A stretch of DNA of 64,000 bases, taken from the NCBI GenBank assembly GCA_964625015.1, contig CAZUZI010000002.1, positions 1,899-65,898 of the forward strand. Direction: 5' to 3'. This DNA comes from an uncultured Candidatus Saccharibacteria bacterium. Lineage in GTDB: Bacteria > Patescibacteriota > Dojkabacteria > SC72. Below are positions 49,508 through 60,409 of this stretch, piece after piece (position 1 is the first letter of the stretch; the number at the start of each line of letters is the position of its first letter). The notes under the pieces are model-generated. The model saw only the letters and a list, made by a program, of their open reading frames with translations. It made no database searches and was not told where the DNA came from. Both the position numbers and the translations under genes were made by a program.

Positions 49508-50026
49508 CTATACTTCTGGTAGTTTACTCCTTTTTGATTTCATATATTCTTTTATCTTATTTACTTCTTCATACACTATTACTATTGCAGGTACAGCAAT
49601 TAGTCCTAAAAAGCCTATTGGTGTTTTTGCAAAATTAATAGGGTAACCAAGGAGTGGTATTCTAAGAAAATATCTTCCAATAATATTCTCCTTTGAAACT
49701 TTATCTGCATCTGTTGCAGCATTTGCATCACCTTTGGTAGTTAATGTTCCATCTTCATTCACCTTCTCAATTCTATGTGTGATTACTCTTTGGGAGCTTC
49801 CTGATCCTCCTCTAAAGGTTATCACATCTCCTTTGTTATACTCTTTTTCCTCTTTTACAAAGATCAGGTCTCCAGTTTTAATAGCTGGTTCCATTGAACC
49901 AGTCTGTACTGCATACATTCTAAAAGGCACTGGTCCTTTGAGAGTAGATAGAATTGGTACCATTGCTACCATTACTACGAAGAGTAGTAGAATCCAATAT
50001 ATTGTTTTTAGTATTACATTTTTCAT
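49508..50026 (-). CDS. sipW: Signal peptidase I, SipW type (S26B, archaeal/ER-like)
   Basis: TM anchor, catalytic Ser in QTGSMEP, His in ITHRI, then a GDAN block; 172 aa. Confidence 0.8.
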   Translation of the reverse strand: MKNVILKTIYWILLLFVVMVAMVPILSTLKGPVPFRMYAVQTGSMEPAIKTGDLIFVKEEKEYNKGDVITFRGGSGSSQRVITHRIEKVNEDGTLTTKGDANAATDADKVSKENIIGRYFLRIPLLGYPINFAKTPIGFLGLIAVPAIVIVYEEVNKIKEYMKSKRSKLPEV

Positions 50027-50082
50027 ATTTAGAATTGGTAGAGGGCTGTACCTAAAGATACAGCCCTTCTGTTGTAAGCGAG

Positions 50083-50679
50083 TTAATCGTTATCCTGCAT
50101 AGCATCTACAATTTCAGAAAATTCAACGGTTTTACCCATTATTTCATTTCCTGCATTTTCATCGATACTAAGCTTTTGACATACTCTCATCGTATATCCA
50201 ACTCTGATGTTGTCTGCTGGTGAACCAGATGCATCGTCTTCATTTGCTAGATGCCAGTAGTCTGCACTACTTACAAGTTTCTGATTAGGGAAATCTTTTA
50301 CGAATCCATCGTAAATTAGATATTCTCCAAAGTCAGAGGTGTTACAAACGCCATCTCCTCCTGCAGATCTCATTTCCATCTTTAATGCATCATACAAAAC
50401 TACATCTCCAGCTGTTTTAGCAAAGGATACATATCCTTCAAATGGCAAATTCCCTGTATTATATATATCCATATATTCCCAGTCTGTTGTAAGTCCAGGA
50501 TATCCATCCGTTATGGAGTATGGTTTCCCAGCTGATTTGTTAAGGGTTAGTTCTAGTGTTCCTGTTGCTACAGTATTTCCAGCAATACTCTGTTGAGCAC
50601 TGAAGAGTGCAACTGTAGAATTCACCACTAAAGCTCCTAAAGTGGCGATTATTACAGCACTTGCTAATATTTGTTTCAT
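50083..50679 (-). CDS. SipW-cognate secreted protein (TasA/camelysin-like)
   Basis: The N-terminus AVIIATLGALVVNSTVALFSAQQSIAGNTVATGTLELTLN parallels the TasA signal/propeptide region (GGGTWAAFNDIKSKDATFASGTLDLS). Encoded immediately next to sipW. Confidence 0.65.
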   Translation of the reverse strand: MKQILASAVIIATLGALVVNSTVALFSAQQSIAGNTVATGTLELTLNKSAGKPYSITDGYPGLTTDWEYMDIYNTGNLPFEGYVSFAKTAGDVVLYDALKMEMRSAGGDGVCNTSDFGEYLIYDGFVKDFPNQKLVSSADYWHLANEDDASGSPADNIRVGYTMRVCQKLSIDENAGNEIMGKTVEFSEIVDAMQDND

Positions 50680-50943
50680 ATTTGATCTTTTAAAAATTAA
50701 AAAGACGCATATGCATATTTAAGCCAGTAATATGCTTAAAGAGTTTTAAAATTTAAATAAAGGGAACCACTGGAGGGAGAGAATCGTCCTTTGTTACATG
50801 TTTAAATTCTGTGAGAGAGTTTTATATATTTTGTTTGATGGGTATGGCAGTTGTCTATTTATAGTTTTGTATAAATAGTTTGACTTGTCAATAGTTTGTA
50901 TTATGAAATATACAGATGCCTATGAAACGCTATCGTAGAGGGA

Positions 50944-52881
50944 TTAATAGCTTTCAACTATTTTCCACATTGCACTTTTATTTTGTAAAAATTGATCTGT
51001 GTAAGCACTTGAAAGCTCTATCACAAGCGAACTGTATCCCTGTTCTTCTGCCCAACCCTCAAATGTACCAGTTATGTCATATGAGAAGGCATCATGTGTA
51101 CCAGGGGCTATATATTTGTATTTAGAGAGTTGTGAGTATATTTGTCCCATCTCTATGCCTTTCGCTGTATTGCTTGCAACTACATATCCTGCTGCTGCAT
51201 GATAGGAGAGGGTGATGTATGGGTTTTCTTTTGCTATTAAGTTTTTCATTATTAAGCTCTCTGGTTCTGAGAAAGGAGATATTCCACCACCAGTGGGGTA
51301 GAATGTTGTGTGTAAATATGTTCCCTGTGCCCAGTCTGATGCTGCAAAATTTCTGTTGAGATCCACGCCGTTCGCATTAAATCTGCTTCTGTTTGCTACT
51401 CCGTCTGGATTGAGAGTAGGGATTACTATTATGGTTTTGTCTGATGGTATCCTACTATTGTTTATCTCAAGCTCATCTATCCATTTTGTCATTGTAGATT
51501 TTGTATTAGACTCTGATCCATGCATAGATGCAAAGAAAAGGACTTTTTTTGCTCCATTACCGAAATAGTATGCATATATGTTTCTTCCTTGTACGGAAGT
51601 TCCTAGGCTAACTATTCTATGACATCTTGTTTTGAATGTGTGCGATGAACCTGTAGATGCAATGAGTCCGTTTATGCCTGTTAAACCCTTTGATATGTCC
51701 AGTTTGTATACTGTGCATGTATTGAGAGTATCTGTTGGATTTATGGTTATTTGATTCTTTTTTATACTGTATGAATACTCTGTTGTTGTGTTCAGTTTTA
51801 TATATTTCTTAATATCTTGTTGTATTTTTAAATCTTGGTTGAATGTTAATACTATGTTATCTCCGATAGGGAAACCTGTTTTCATGTTACTTCCTTTTAT
51901 TTTTGGTCCATCTCCTATGTTAAATGAGAGTGTGAATTCATTTTCTGCTTTACTTCCATCAATCCCTTCAAGATTAGAGACTGTTACTGTATATGAAGTT
52001 GATTGTTTGAAGTTTTCTTTCGGTTGTATGAGTATATTTCTTTCTTGAAGTTGTGATACAAATTCTAGTGATGATCCGGTTTCATCTTTGATGGATATTT
52101 GGTATGTACTTTTTATCTCTTTGTTTAAAACTAGAGAGATCTCTGGGATATTTACAGAGTTTACTACTCCATTTGGTTCTATACTTGTTGATTCGATAAT
52201 TACTGGGTGGAGGATGAGGATGTCTTTTGAATCTACTATCTTGACTATTTCATTCTTGTACAGACCTAGTAATTTTGTTTTATATGTTTGTCCGTATTCA
52301 AATGGTATGTCTTGTGTACTACATGTTATACGTTTACTTTCCTTCTCACACTGGATACTTTCTTCTCCAATTTGTAGCATGTATTCAAGAAAGGGGGTAT
52401 CGTATGACAAATCGAATGTAAATTGCTCATTTCTACTCATATCTCCATCTAGTGTTGTTACTTCTACACTAGGGTATGCATCTGTTTTTATCTCTATTTG
52501 TTTCTGGAATATATTCATATCACTATTTCCAAAGTATGCGAGTTGAATACTGTATGGTTTTTTCTCTTCTAGTAATGTAGTAGGCCTTATACAGATCTGT
52601 TTTGCAAAAATTTCGAATTTATCAAAAATTTTTACTTTTGAATTTATAGTTTTTTCTGATGGAATATTTGTGTCTATTTTGTAGAGTGAAGGAAAAAGAA
52701 AATACCCATCTATACAGAATTCCTCTGATGGATTTATATCATTTGGTATTGTAAATACACTATTTCTAACTGTGATTAAGATGAAGAGTGGGATTAGTAG
52801 CATCATTGTTGCAATGAGGAATAGGGCGTATGTTTTCGATTGGAGCAATTTCATAGGATACAGTATACGATATGAAAGCAA
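50944..52881 (-). CDS. Membrane-anchored M14 zinc carboxypeptidase with N-terminal Ig-like repeats
   Basis: C-terminal M14 motifs: SMHGSESNT (HxxE zinc ligands), NPDG, DLNRNF, SYHAAAGY. N-terminal TM helix and about 400 aa of beta-rich repeats. Confidence 0.75.
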   Translation of the reverse strand: MLSYRILYPMKLLQSKTYALFLIATMMLLIPLFILITVRNSVFTIPNDINPSEEFCIDGYFLFPSLYKIDTNIPSEKTINSKVKIFDKFEIFAKQICIRPTTLLEEKKPYSIQLAYFGNSDMNIFQKQIEIKTDAYPSVEVTTLDGDMSRNEQFTFDLSYDTPFLEYMLQIGEESIQCEKESKRITCSTQDIPFEYGQTYKTKLLGLYKNEIVKIVDSKDILILHPVIIESTSIEPNGVVNSVNIPEISLVLNKEIKSTYQISIKDETGSSLEFVSQLQERNILIQPKENFKQSTSYTVTVSNLEGIDGSKAENEFTLSFNIGDGPKIKGSNMKTGFPIGDNIVLTFNQDLKIQQDIKKYIKLNTTTEYSYSIKKNQITINPTDTLNTCTVYKLDISKGLTGINGLIASTGSSHTFKTRCHRIVSLGTSVQGRNIYAYYFGNGAKKVLFFASMHGSESNTKSTMTKWIDELEINNSRIPSDKTIIVIPTLNPDGVANRSRFNANGVDLNRNFAASDWAQGTYLHTTFYPTGGGISPFSEPESLIMKNLIAKENPYITLSYHAAAGYVVASNTAKGIEMGQIYSQLSKYKYIAPGTHDAFSYDITGTFEGWAEEQGYSSLVIELSSAYTDQFLQNKSAMWKIVESY

Positions 52882-53197
52882 AGCTTGTACAAAAAGGCAA
52901 TATATCTTGGAAATTCTCTTTGAATTAGATTTTAACCCTATTGTTCAACTACTCTCTTTGCCAAGTAATCCTTTTCTAATTGTTCTGCTATTAAGTCTAC
53001 TGCCAGTCTTTTTGCTTGAAATCGTAAAGTTCCAATCCTTACTGCTTCGTCATATTTTAACATACCCTATCTTATAAAGATATTCAAGGATATCATTTTA
53101 GAAATGGGGATCTGAACACAATGTTGGAATTTTTATAAATGGCGGGACATACACATCTGGAACCTAAAATGAGACAAACAATAGGAACTCTTTTTGT

Positions 53198-53956
53198 TTA
53201 CAGACTCGTTCCTCCATCTATTATTACTGTGGTCCCAGTAATGTAGCTAGAATCAGGACTAGCTAAGAATAGAGTAAGTTTTGCTACTTCTTCTTCGGTA
53301 GCAAATCTTTTGAGATAGGTCTTAGCTATCTCTTGTTCAAGAAATTCTTTGGGTAGTTGTCTATTCATTGCGGTATCGGCCCAACCTAATGCAGTAGCAT
53401 TTACCCTGATTTTCCTACTAGCTAACTCTTTTGCAAAGTTTTTTGTTAAGTTAATAATTCCTGCCTTTGAAGCATCATAATCTATAGATTCTGGATTGTT
53501 GTAATATATACCATTCGTAGAGGCTGCATTTACAATTGAGCCCCCATCATTCATATGTTTAGATATTAGTTTTATGCATAAATATGTACCTAAGAGATTT
53601 GTGTCGATTGTTCTATGCCATTCTTCTATGGTTCGCTCTTCAATAGGTAAATCATTCACATATCCGGCATTGTTAATAAGAACATCTATTTTCCCAAAAG
53701 ATTTCTTAGTTTTTTGTATTAATTTCTCAATTTGAGATTTTTCTCTAACATCACATTCAATCATTATTGCATCAGACCCTATATTTTTTATCTCTGATAC
53801 AAGTTTTACAGCATTTTCTTTTGCGTCAGGTTCATAATCCGAAACAAAATAGTCTATGACTAACATAGCTCCTTCTTTTGCAAACTGTATTGCTGTTTGT
53901 GCACCGATACCTCTACTAGCACCAGTTATTACAACTACTTTATTTTTGAAGTTCAT
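53198..53956 (-). CDS. SDR-family oxidoreductase (FabG-like)
   Basis: TGASRGIG, NNAG, and Y...K catalytic motifs. Confidence 0.9.
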   Translation of the reverse strand: MNFKNKVVVITGASRGIGAQTAIQFAKEGAMLVIDYFVSDYEPDAKENAVKLVSEIKNIGSDAIMIECDVREKSQIEKLIQKTKKSFGKIDVLINNAGYVNDLPIEERTIEEWHRTIDTNLLGTYLCIKLISKHMNDGGSIVNAASTNGIYYNNPESIDYDASKAGIINLTKNFAKELASRKIRVNATALGWADTAMNRQLPKEFLEQEIAKTYLKRFATEEEVAKLTLFLASPDSSYITGTTVIIDGGTSL

Positions 53957-54256
53957 ATAAATCCTTAGTAATATTATGATGTTTAATTATATCACTTCTT
54001 TAGAGGGTGTAATTTTGTACAAACTAAGGGTTCTATCTTCGAACCGTAGAGTAGCAAAAAGTGGTCTAACGGTGGATATTTTCATCCACCAGGCCTTACT
54101 TTTGGAACTTTTACTTTTTAAGGTCTAAATTACTCAATCCCCATAAGGGTTTTAAAACATAGTGGACGGGTCTTGTTGGAACATGTTGAAATTGGCGGAG
54201 GGTTGTAAACGAAGTTAGAACTGGAATGAATATAAAAATGTATACCGCCTACTGAG

Positions 54257-54823
54257 TTACAAAAGATCTCTTGGTTGAAAGTATACAATCAAAGAACTAA
54301 TACAGCCTAATAACGCCATAGCGACAAAAAGTGCTTCAAAGCTAATGTAGTAAACAATAATTCCTCCTAGTAAAGATGCTATAGCAAGTGACATATTTTG
54401 AACTAATTTCCAACTGGAATAATCATGAACCTCATTCCCTTTATTCAAGTGTTTTGCAAATATTGAATCAAAAGCGGGAGAACCAATTGCGTCACCCAAT
54501 CCAAGAATAATTTGTATTAGTATAAACATCGTTAGTGAATTCGTAAAAATGTAAAGAAACCAAGCTAGAACTCTCAACATAAAACCCCCTATGAGGAGAT
54601 ATTCTTTTTCTACTATTTTGTCACCATATTTTAAAACAATAAAAGTAAAAACAGTTGCTGAGCCCATAAATACAAACCAAGAAAATCCTATGGATAAGAC
54701 ATTTGCATCGAATTTTTCTGCAAAGATTGCATACAGAGGACCAAGTAATCTGTCGGCGAAAACAAAAATACCGTTTGAAATAAATAATATACGTAATGAT
54801 TTATTGTTGTTAACTTGCATCAT
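54257..54823 (-). CDS. Six-TM membrane protein resembling the C-terminal half of an MFS transporter (possible gene fragment)
   Basis: 188 aa with 6 TM helices and no N-terminal half upstream. Confidence 0.45.
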   Translation of the reverse strand: MMQVNNNKSLRILFISNGIFVFADRLLGPLYAIFAEKFDANVLSIGFSWFVFMGSATVFTFIVLKYGDKIVEKEYLLIGGFMLRVLAWFLYIFTNSLTMFILIQIILGLGDAIGSPAFDSIFAKHLNKGNEVHDYSSWKLVQNMSLAIASLLGGIIVYYISFEALFVAMALLGCISSLIVYFQPRDLL

Positions 54824-54830
54824 GTTTATT

Positions 54831-55517
54831 TTAAATATATTTTAATATTTCTTTGTATGTATGTTTAACATCATTCATGCACCAATCGTGCTCCCCATTG
54901 ATAATGTTAACATAATCTTCATATTTTTTATTTAACTCGTGCAAGGGAATTATTGAATCTTTGTCTCCATGAATAATAGACAGTTTAAAGGAGTTGTCGA
55001 ATACAGTTTTATTACAATATGCTGAATGAATGAGTAGTCTGACTGAGTCTAGAGTGTTGAGTTTTTGATAAAAGACGTTTAGCAATAAATCAAACGATGC
55101 TTGTATAAAGAACTTTAGTATTCTGATATCGAATAATATTGCTCTAACATTTTTCAAAAAAAAGAATCTATAAAATAACGACACCTTTCTGAATTTTGAT
55201 TGTGTTAATAATGGGTCAATTAACAGAACCTTTTTTACATTTTCCAGTCTAAAAGCAAGTTCATATGCAATAAAGCCTCCATATGAGTGTCCTAATAAAA
55301 TCGGGTCTTCAATATTTTCTTTTTCAATAAGTTCCAATATTGTATCTATACTACTCTGTGGATTTCCATCTGTCTTAAATCTTTCATGACCAGGTAGGTT
55401 GAAATAATAAATAGAATAATTCTTTGAGAGCTGTTTTATTAATGGAAGATAGCAGTTGTATCTAACACCGCCACCATGAAAAAAAATTATATTTTGTCCT
55501 TGACCTAACTTATTCAT
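54831..55517 (-). CDS. Alpha/beta-hydrolase fold protein
   Basis: Nucleophile elbow GHSYGG with an HGGG oxyanion region. Confidence 0.75.
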   Translation of the reverse strand: MNKLGQGQNIIFFHGGGVRYNCYLPLIKQLSKNYSIYYFNLPGHERFKTDGNPQSSIDTILELIEKENIEDPILLGHSYGGFIAYELAFRLENVKKVLLIDPLLTQSKFRKVSLFYRFFFLKNVRAILFDIRILKFFIQASFDLLLNVFYQKLNTLDSVRLLIHSAYCNKTVFDNSFKLSIIHGDKDSIIPLHELNKKYEDYVNIINGEHDWCMNDVKHTYKEILKYI

Positions 55518-55706
55518 TTTAAAAACAATAATTTATACCTGAATTGTATTTGATATTTTGAATTCAATCAAACAAATTGAGTTTTATATTTTCTTTAAAG
55601 TCGATTGATACTGATTGCCTACTGGTTGTACTCGATCAACCAGAAGAAACCAGTTTATTGAAATCCGTTATCGTTGATATTTAGGTCAAATTCATCACTT
55701 TCGCAG

Positions 55707-55743
55707 GTGATTGGGTGGACTTCTTCGAACTCCACCCAATCAC
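55707..55743. repeat. Perfect 13-bp inverted repeat GTGATTGGGTGGA-(11 nt)-TCCACCCAATCAC, candidate recombination/att site at the left edge of the integrative module
   Basis: Seen directly. The loop contains CTTCGAAC, which is tRNA T-loop-like. Not followed by a T-run on either strand, so unlikely to be an intrinsic terminator. Confidence 0.5.
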
Positions 55744-55838
55744 TCCCTCGACTACGGTAACTGTGTATGTGACCTTGTTGAGCTGCTTAGTGTGTGAATT
55801 TGTGTCATTTGGAACGATAACTTTTAGTTAAGTGTTTG

Positions 55839-56273
55839 TTATTTACCTTCCCACCACTCTGTGAATGATTTTTTAGTAGTTTCTTGCATATTGTTTTCTT
55901 TGTACCAGTTTTTCATCAAGTTTTTTGCTTCTTTAATTGCTTCTTGTTTGTTTGCGTTTTTACCGAGTGAAAATGCAAGCATATCTTTTGGGGATTGAGT
56001 AATTATTGATTCAGTCAGTTTGTACTCTTTTGATTGAAACTTTTCATCAAAGAAGTATGTAACAGGTTTACCCAGTATTTCTGCAATTTTTTCAATTCGT
56101 TTGTATGGTATTGAATTGAGTCCTACTTCGTAGCGACTAATCATCATAGGGGACATATTCATTCGTTTAGCTAAATCAACTTGTGTGAGTCCAACTTCTT
56201 TTCGGGCCTTCTTTAAATTGATTCCTACTTTTTTGTTTAATTCATCATTTTTCATATAAAAAGAGTGTAACAT
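55839..56273 (-). CDS. XRE-family HTH transcriptional regulator (phage cI/Cro-like repressor)
   Basis: HTH_3 region (LKKARKEVGLTQVDLAKRMNMSPMMISRYEVG). Confidence 0.8.
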   Translation of the reverse strand: MLHSFYMKNDELNKKVGINLKKARKEVGLTQVDLAKRMNMSPMMISRYEVGLNSIPYKRIEKIAEILGKPVTYFFDEKFQSKEYKLTESIITQSPKDMLAFSLGKNANKQEAIKEAKNLMKNWYKENNMQETTKKSFTEWWEGK

Positions 56274-56359
56274 AGTTTGACAAAACTATAAAGATTGTTT
56301 ATAGTTAGATTATCGTAAAATAACCGAAGGGCGATGTATTTAATTAACGATTTAGTCGT

Positions 56360-56725
56360 ATGTCGACCCATTCTGTTATTCAACAAGAATTTCAATCAAA
56401 TACCCCATTCATTGATTCATTCAATTTTAGGCATCTGATTCAGGGTGTCATTTTTGCATTCAAAATATATCGTGGACGAGATCTCGTTGACGATATATTT
56501 CACTTATTCTCAATCATTCAATCAGCCTTTCATATCAATACTTATGACTTATTCAATTCATTCATTGAGCTGACTAAAATTTGTTTGAAACTTGTACCTG
56601 TTAGAAAATGTAGTAGAAAAACGATTGAATTTTATGGTGTGGAGACTATAGCGAGGACGCTATATTTTGCATTTTATCTAAACTCTGAAAATAACCGTAA
56701 ATACAATATGAACGAGAGGTTCTAA
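56360..56725 (+). CDS. Hypothetical protein, divergent from the repressor
   Basis: 121-aa ORF in the position of an early-gene/Cro-like partner. Confidence 0.35.
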   Translation: MSTHSVIQQEFQSNTPFIDSFNFRHLIQGVIFAFKIYRGRDLVDDIFHLFSIIQSAFHINTYDLFNSFIELTKICLKLVPVRKCSRKTIEFYGVETIARTLYFAFYLNSENNRKYNMNERF

Positions 56726-56888
56726 ACATTTACCAATCGTCAAAAAATTGGTGTGAAAATAGAACTCAGGCGATAATATACATATAAAAAAAGAATCACC
56801 TGCAAACAGTGGACGGGCATCCAAACAGTAGGAGGTGATTCAATATAGATTATAACAAATAAAGCTTCCTACTGGGCTTGATTAAATA

Positions 56889-57476
56889 TTGCTTATGCAC
56901 TCAGTAGGAGAAATATTAAAAGAAACAAAATTCAAAAAGACCTTTGAAGATCTCTCAAAGCCAGATTTCAAAGAGGTATCTAAGCTTCCATTTCTCAAAC
57001 TACCTCTACTGATTGAAAACCTCATCTTCTTTGACACTCAAATAACCAAACGACAGATAAAGATCCTACTGTTCATAATGCGATTCTCATTCGGTTGTAA
57101 GAAGGCTACAGCCTATCTAAAACTTACAGATTTCTACAAGATAGGATTTTACTCAGGAGATATCACAAAAGAGCTTACAAGGCTAATTGAGAAACAATAC
57201 ATTGGTTGGAATAAAGCGAGTGAAGAAATGTGGATAAACCGGAGGTTACTTAGTGAGTTACTAGCAAAAGATGAAGAATTTGCTAGTGAAATACTTCGTA
57301 GAAATCTAGTAAATCACTTCCAAAAGAAGAAGTATTCTACTAGCAACAATGATCAATTAGCTACTAGTGTAAAAGCAAAATCAGACTCCTATAGATATAA
57401 ACAGATAAATATAGATAGTAGTTATAGATATCAAAATGATTCTGTGGATAAGTTGAATAAGGAGGTCAAACCATGA
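56889..57476 (+). CDS. Putative winged-helix replication/replisome-organizer-like protein
   Basis: Weak resemblance to phage replisome-organizer / RepA N-terminal winged helix (KILLFIMRFSFG...GDITKELTRLIEKQYI); tentative. Confidence 0.35.
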   Translation: MLMHSVGEILKETKFKKTFEDLSKPDFKEVSKLPFLKLPLLIENLIFFDTQITKRQIKILLFIMRFSFGCKKATAYLKLTDFYKIGFYSGDITKELTRLIEKQYIGWNKASEEMWINRRLLSELLAKDEEFASEILRRNLVNHFQKKKYSTSNNDQLATSVKAKSDSYRYKQINIDSSYRYQNDSVDKLNKEVKP

Positions 57477-57694
57477 ACCTACCTATTCAACTATCTGAAA
57501 TTGAAATACAAAAATTCATTAAAACTCATAAAAAGGTAACTGGTGAGACTTTAGATTATGAGAAAGCCAAAAGACAAGCAACAAAGTTAATGAAACTTAT
57601 GATTTTAGCGGTGACAAAAGTACCAAAATCTGATAAAAAGAAAGTGACCACAACTAATAACTCGCAATTACGAGCCTTTCCATTTAAGGATTAG
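57473..57694 (+). CDS. Small basic hypothetical protein
   Basis: 73 aa, 4-nt overlap with the upstream ORF (translational coupling). Confidence 0.35.
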   Translation: MNLPIQLSEIEIQKFIKTHKKVTGETLDYEKAKRQATKLMKLMILAVTKVPKSDKKKVTTTNNSQLRAFPFKD

Positions 57695-57787
57695 ATGGAT
57701 AAAAGGGGGATTCGTACAATTTCGTTTTTGCGAAGTTGTGGTCAACGAGTTCCCCTTTTTGTTTATCTAAATTCATAATAAAACAGC

Positions 57788-59466
<1,679 letters not shown>

Positions 59467-59539
59467 ACAGCCATAAACACATGATTATATCACAACTATA
59501 TAGTAGATATAGATTGTATTCTACTGTAAAATACAACAT

Positions 59540-60409
59540 ATGTATCTAGGAGCACATGTCTCCTCTGCAGGAGGCGTAGAAAATTCTATAAAGGAGGGGG
59601 ATAAATACGGGATTAATACTATCCAGATTATGCCAACGGCCCCTATGAGATGGGCTACAAAAAAGATTTCTGATGAAAATATTGAGAATTTTGTAAATAC
59701 TCTTAAGGGGAGTGTAGTGAAGAAGATATTAATACATGGGATATATTTAACTAATCTTGCAAGAAAAGACAAACAGTTATTTCATCTGGGAAAGATGGGG
59801 TTAGCAGTGTATCTAGATTTTGCTAATAGGGTGTCAGATTTAATTAAAAAGAATGACATCGATGCTGAAATATTAGGTGTGTGTTTTCATCCTGGATCTC
59901 AAAAGGAATTAAACTTTGAAGATAGTATTGAGAGGGTATCATACGGTATGGATTGGGTGTTAGATGAGGTGGGAGGTGATCAATTTTTGTTGATTGAAAC
60001 CACGGCAGGTACGGGTGGGAATTTAGGTAGAACATTCTCTGAGTTAAGAGATATGAGAGATGGTGCAAAGGGAAAGGAGAGGGTTGGTTTTGTACTAGAT
60101 ACTCAACATACATTCTCTGCTGGATATGATTGGAATGGTGATATTGATTCTGTAGTTGAGGAGATTGGAGAGACTCTTTCTTTTGAAAGGATTAAGGCTA
60201 TACACCTCAATGACTCAATGGTTAATATCGGTTCTAACAAGGATAGGCATGCTGATTTAGGTGAAGGGAAACTAGGAGAGCAGACTGTAAGAAATATTCT
60301 ACATAGAGAAGAGTTTAAGGGGATTCCTTTTGTTTTAGAAACACCTTCTCTTAAAAGTCCTAACACTATGATGAAAGAGATAGAAAAGTTAAAAGAACTT
60401 GCAAGCTAA
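59540..60409 (+). CDS. nfo: Endonuclease IV (AP endonuclease, xylose-isomerase-like TIM barrel)
   Basis: LGAHVSSAGG N-terminus, conserved His/Asp/Glu metal ligands (IHGIYLTNL, HLNDS); 289 aa. Confidence 0.88.
   Translation: MYLGAHVSSAGGVENSIKEGDKYGINTIQIMPTAPMRWATKKISDENIENFVNTLKGSVVKKILIHGIYLTNLARKDKQLFHLGKMGLAVYLDFANRVSDLIKKNDIDAEILGVCFHPGSQKELNFEDSIERVSYGMDWVLDEVGGDQFLLIETTAGTGGNLGRTFSELRDMRDGAKGKERVGFVLDTQHTFSAGYDWNGDIDSVVEEIGETLSFERIKAIHLNDSMVNIGSNKDRHADLGEGKLGEQTVRNILHREEFKGIPFVLETPSLKSPNTMMKEIEKLKELAS

Noticed and set aside
54010-54110. Possible tRNA-like sequence (AGTGGTCTAACGGTGGAT... and GGTTC...GAACC)
   Set aside because: No consistent cloverleaf could be folded on either strand; there is no TTCGAAT-type T-loop and no matching acceptor stem.
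54163-56819. Shared 10-mer AGTGGACGGG at 54163 and 56810 as possible att direct repeats
   Set aside because: Flanking sequence is unrelated, and many chance 10-mer matches are expected in 64 kb.
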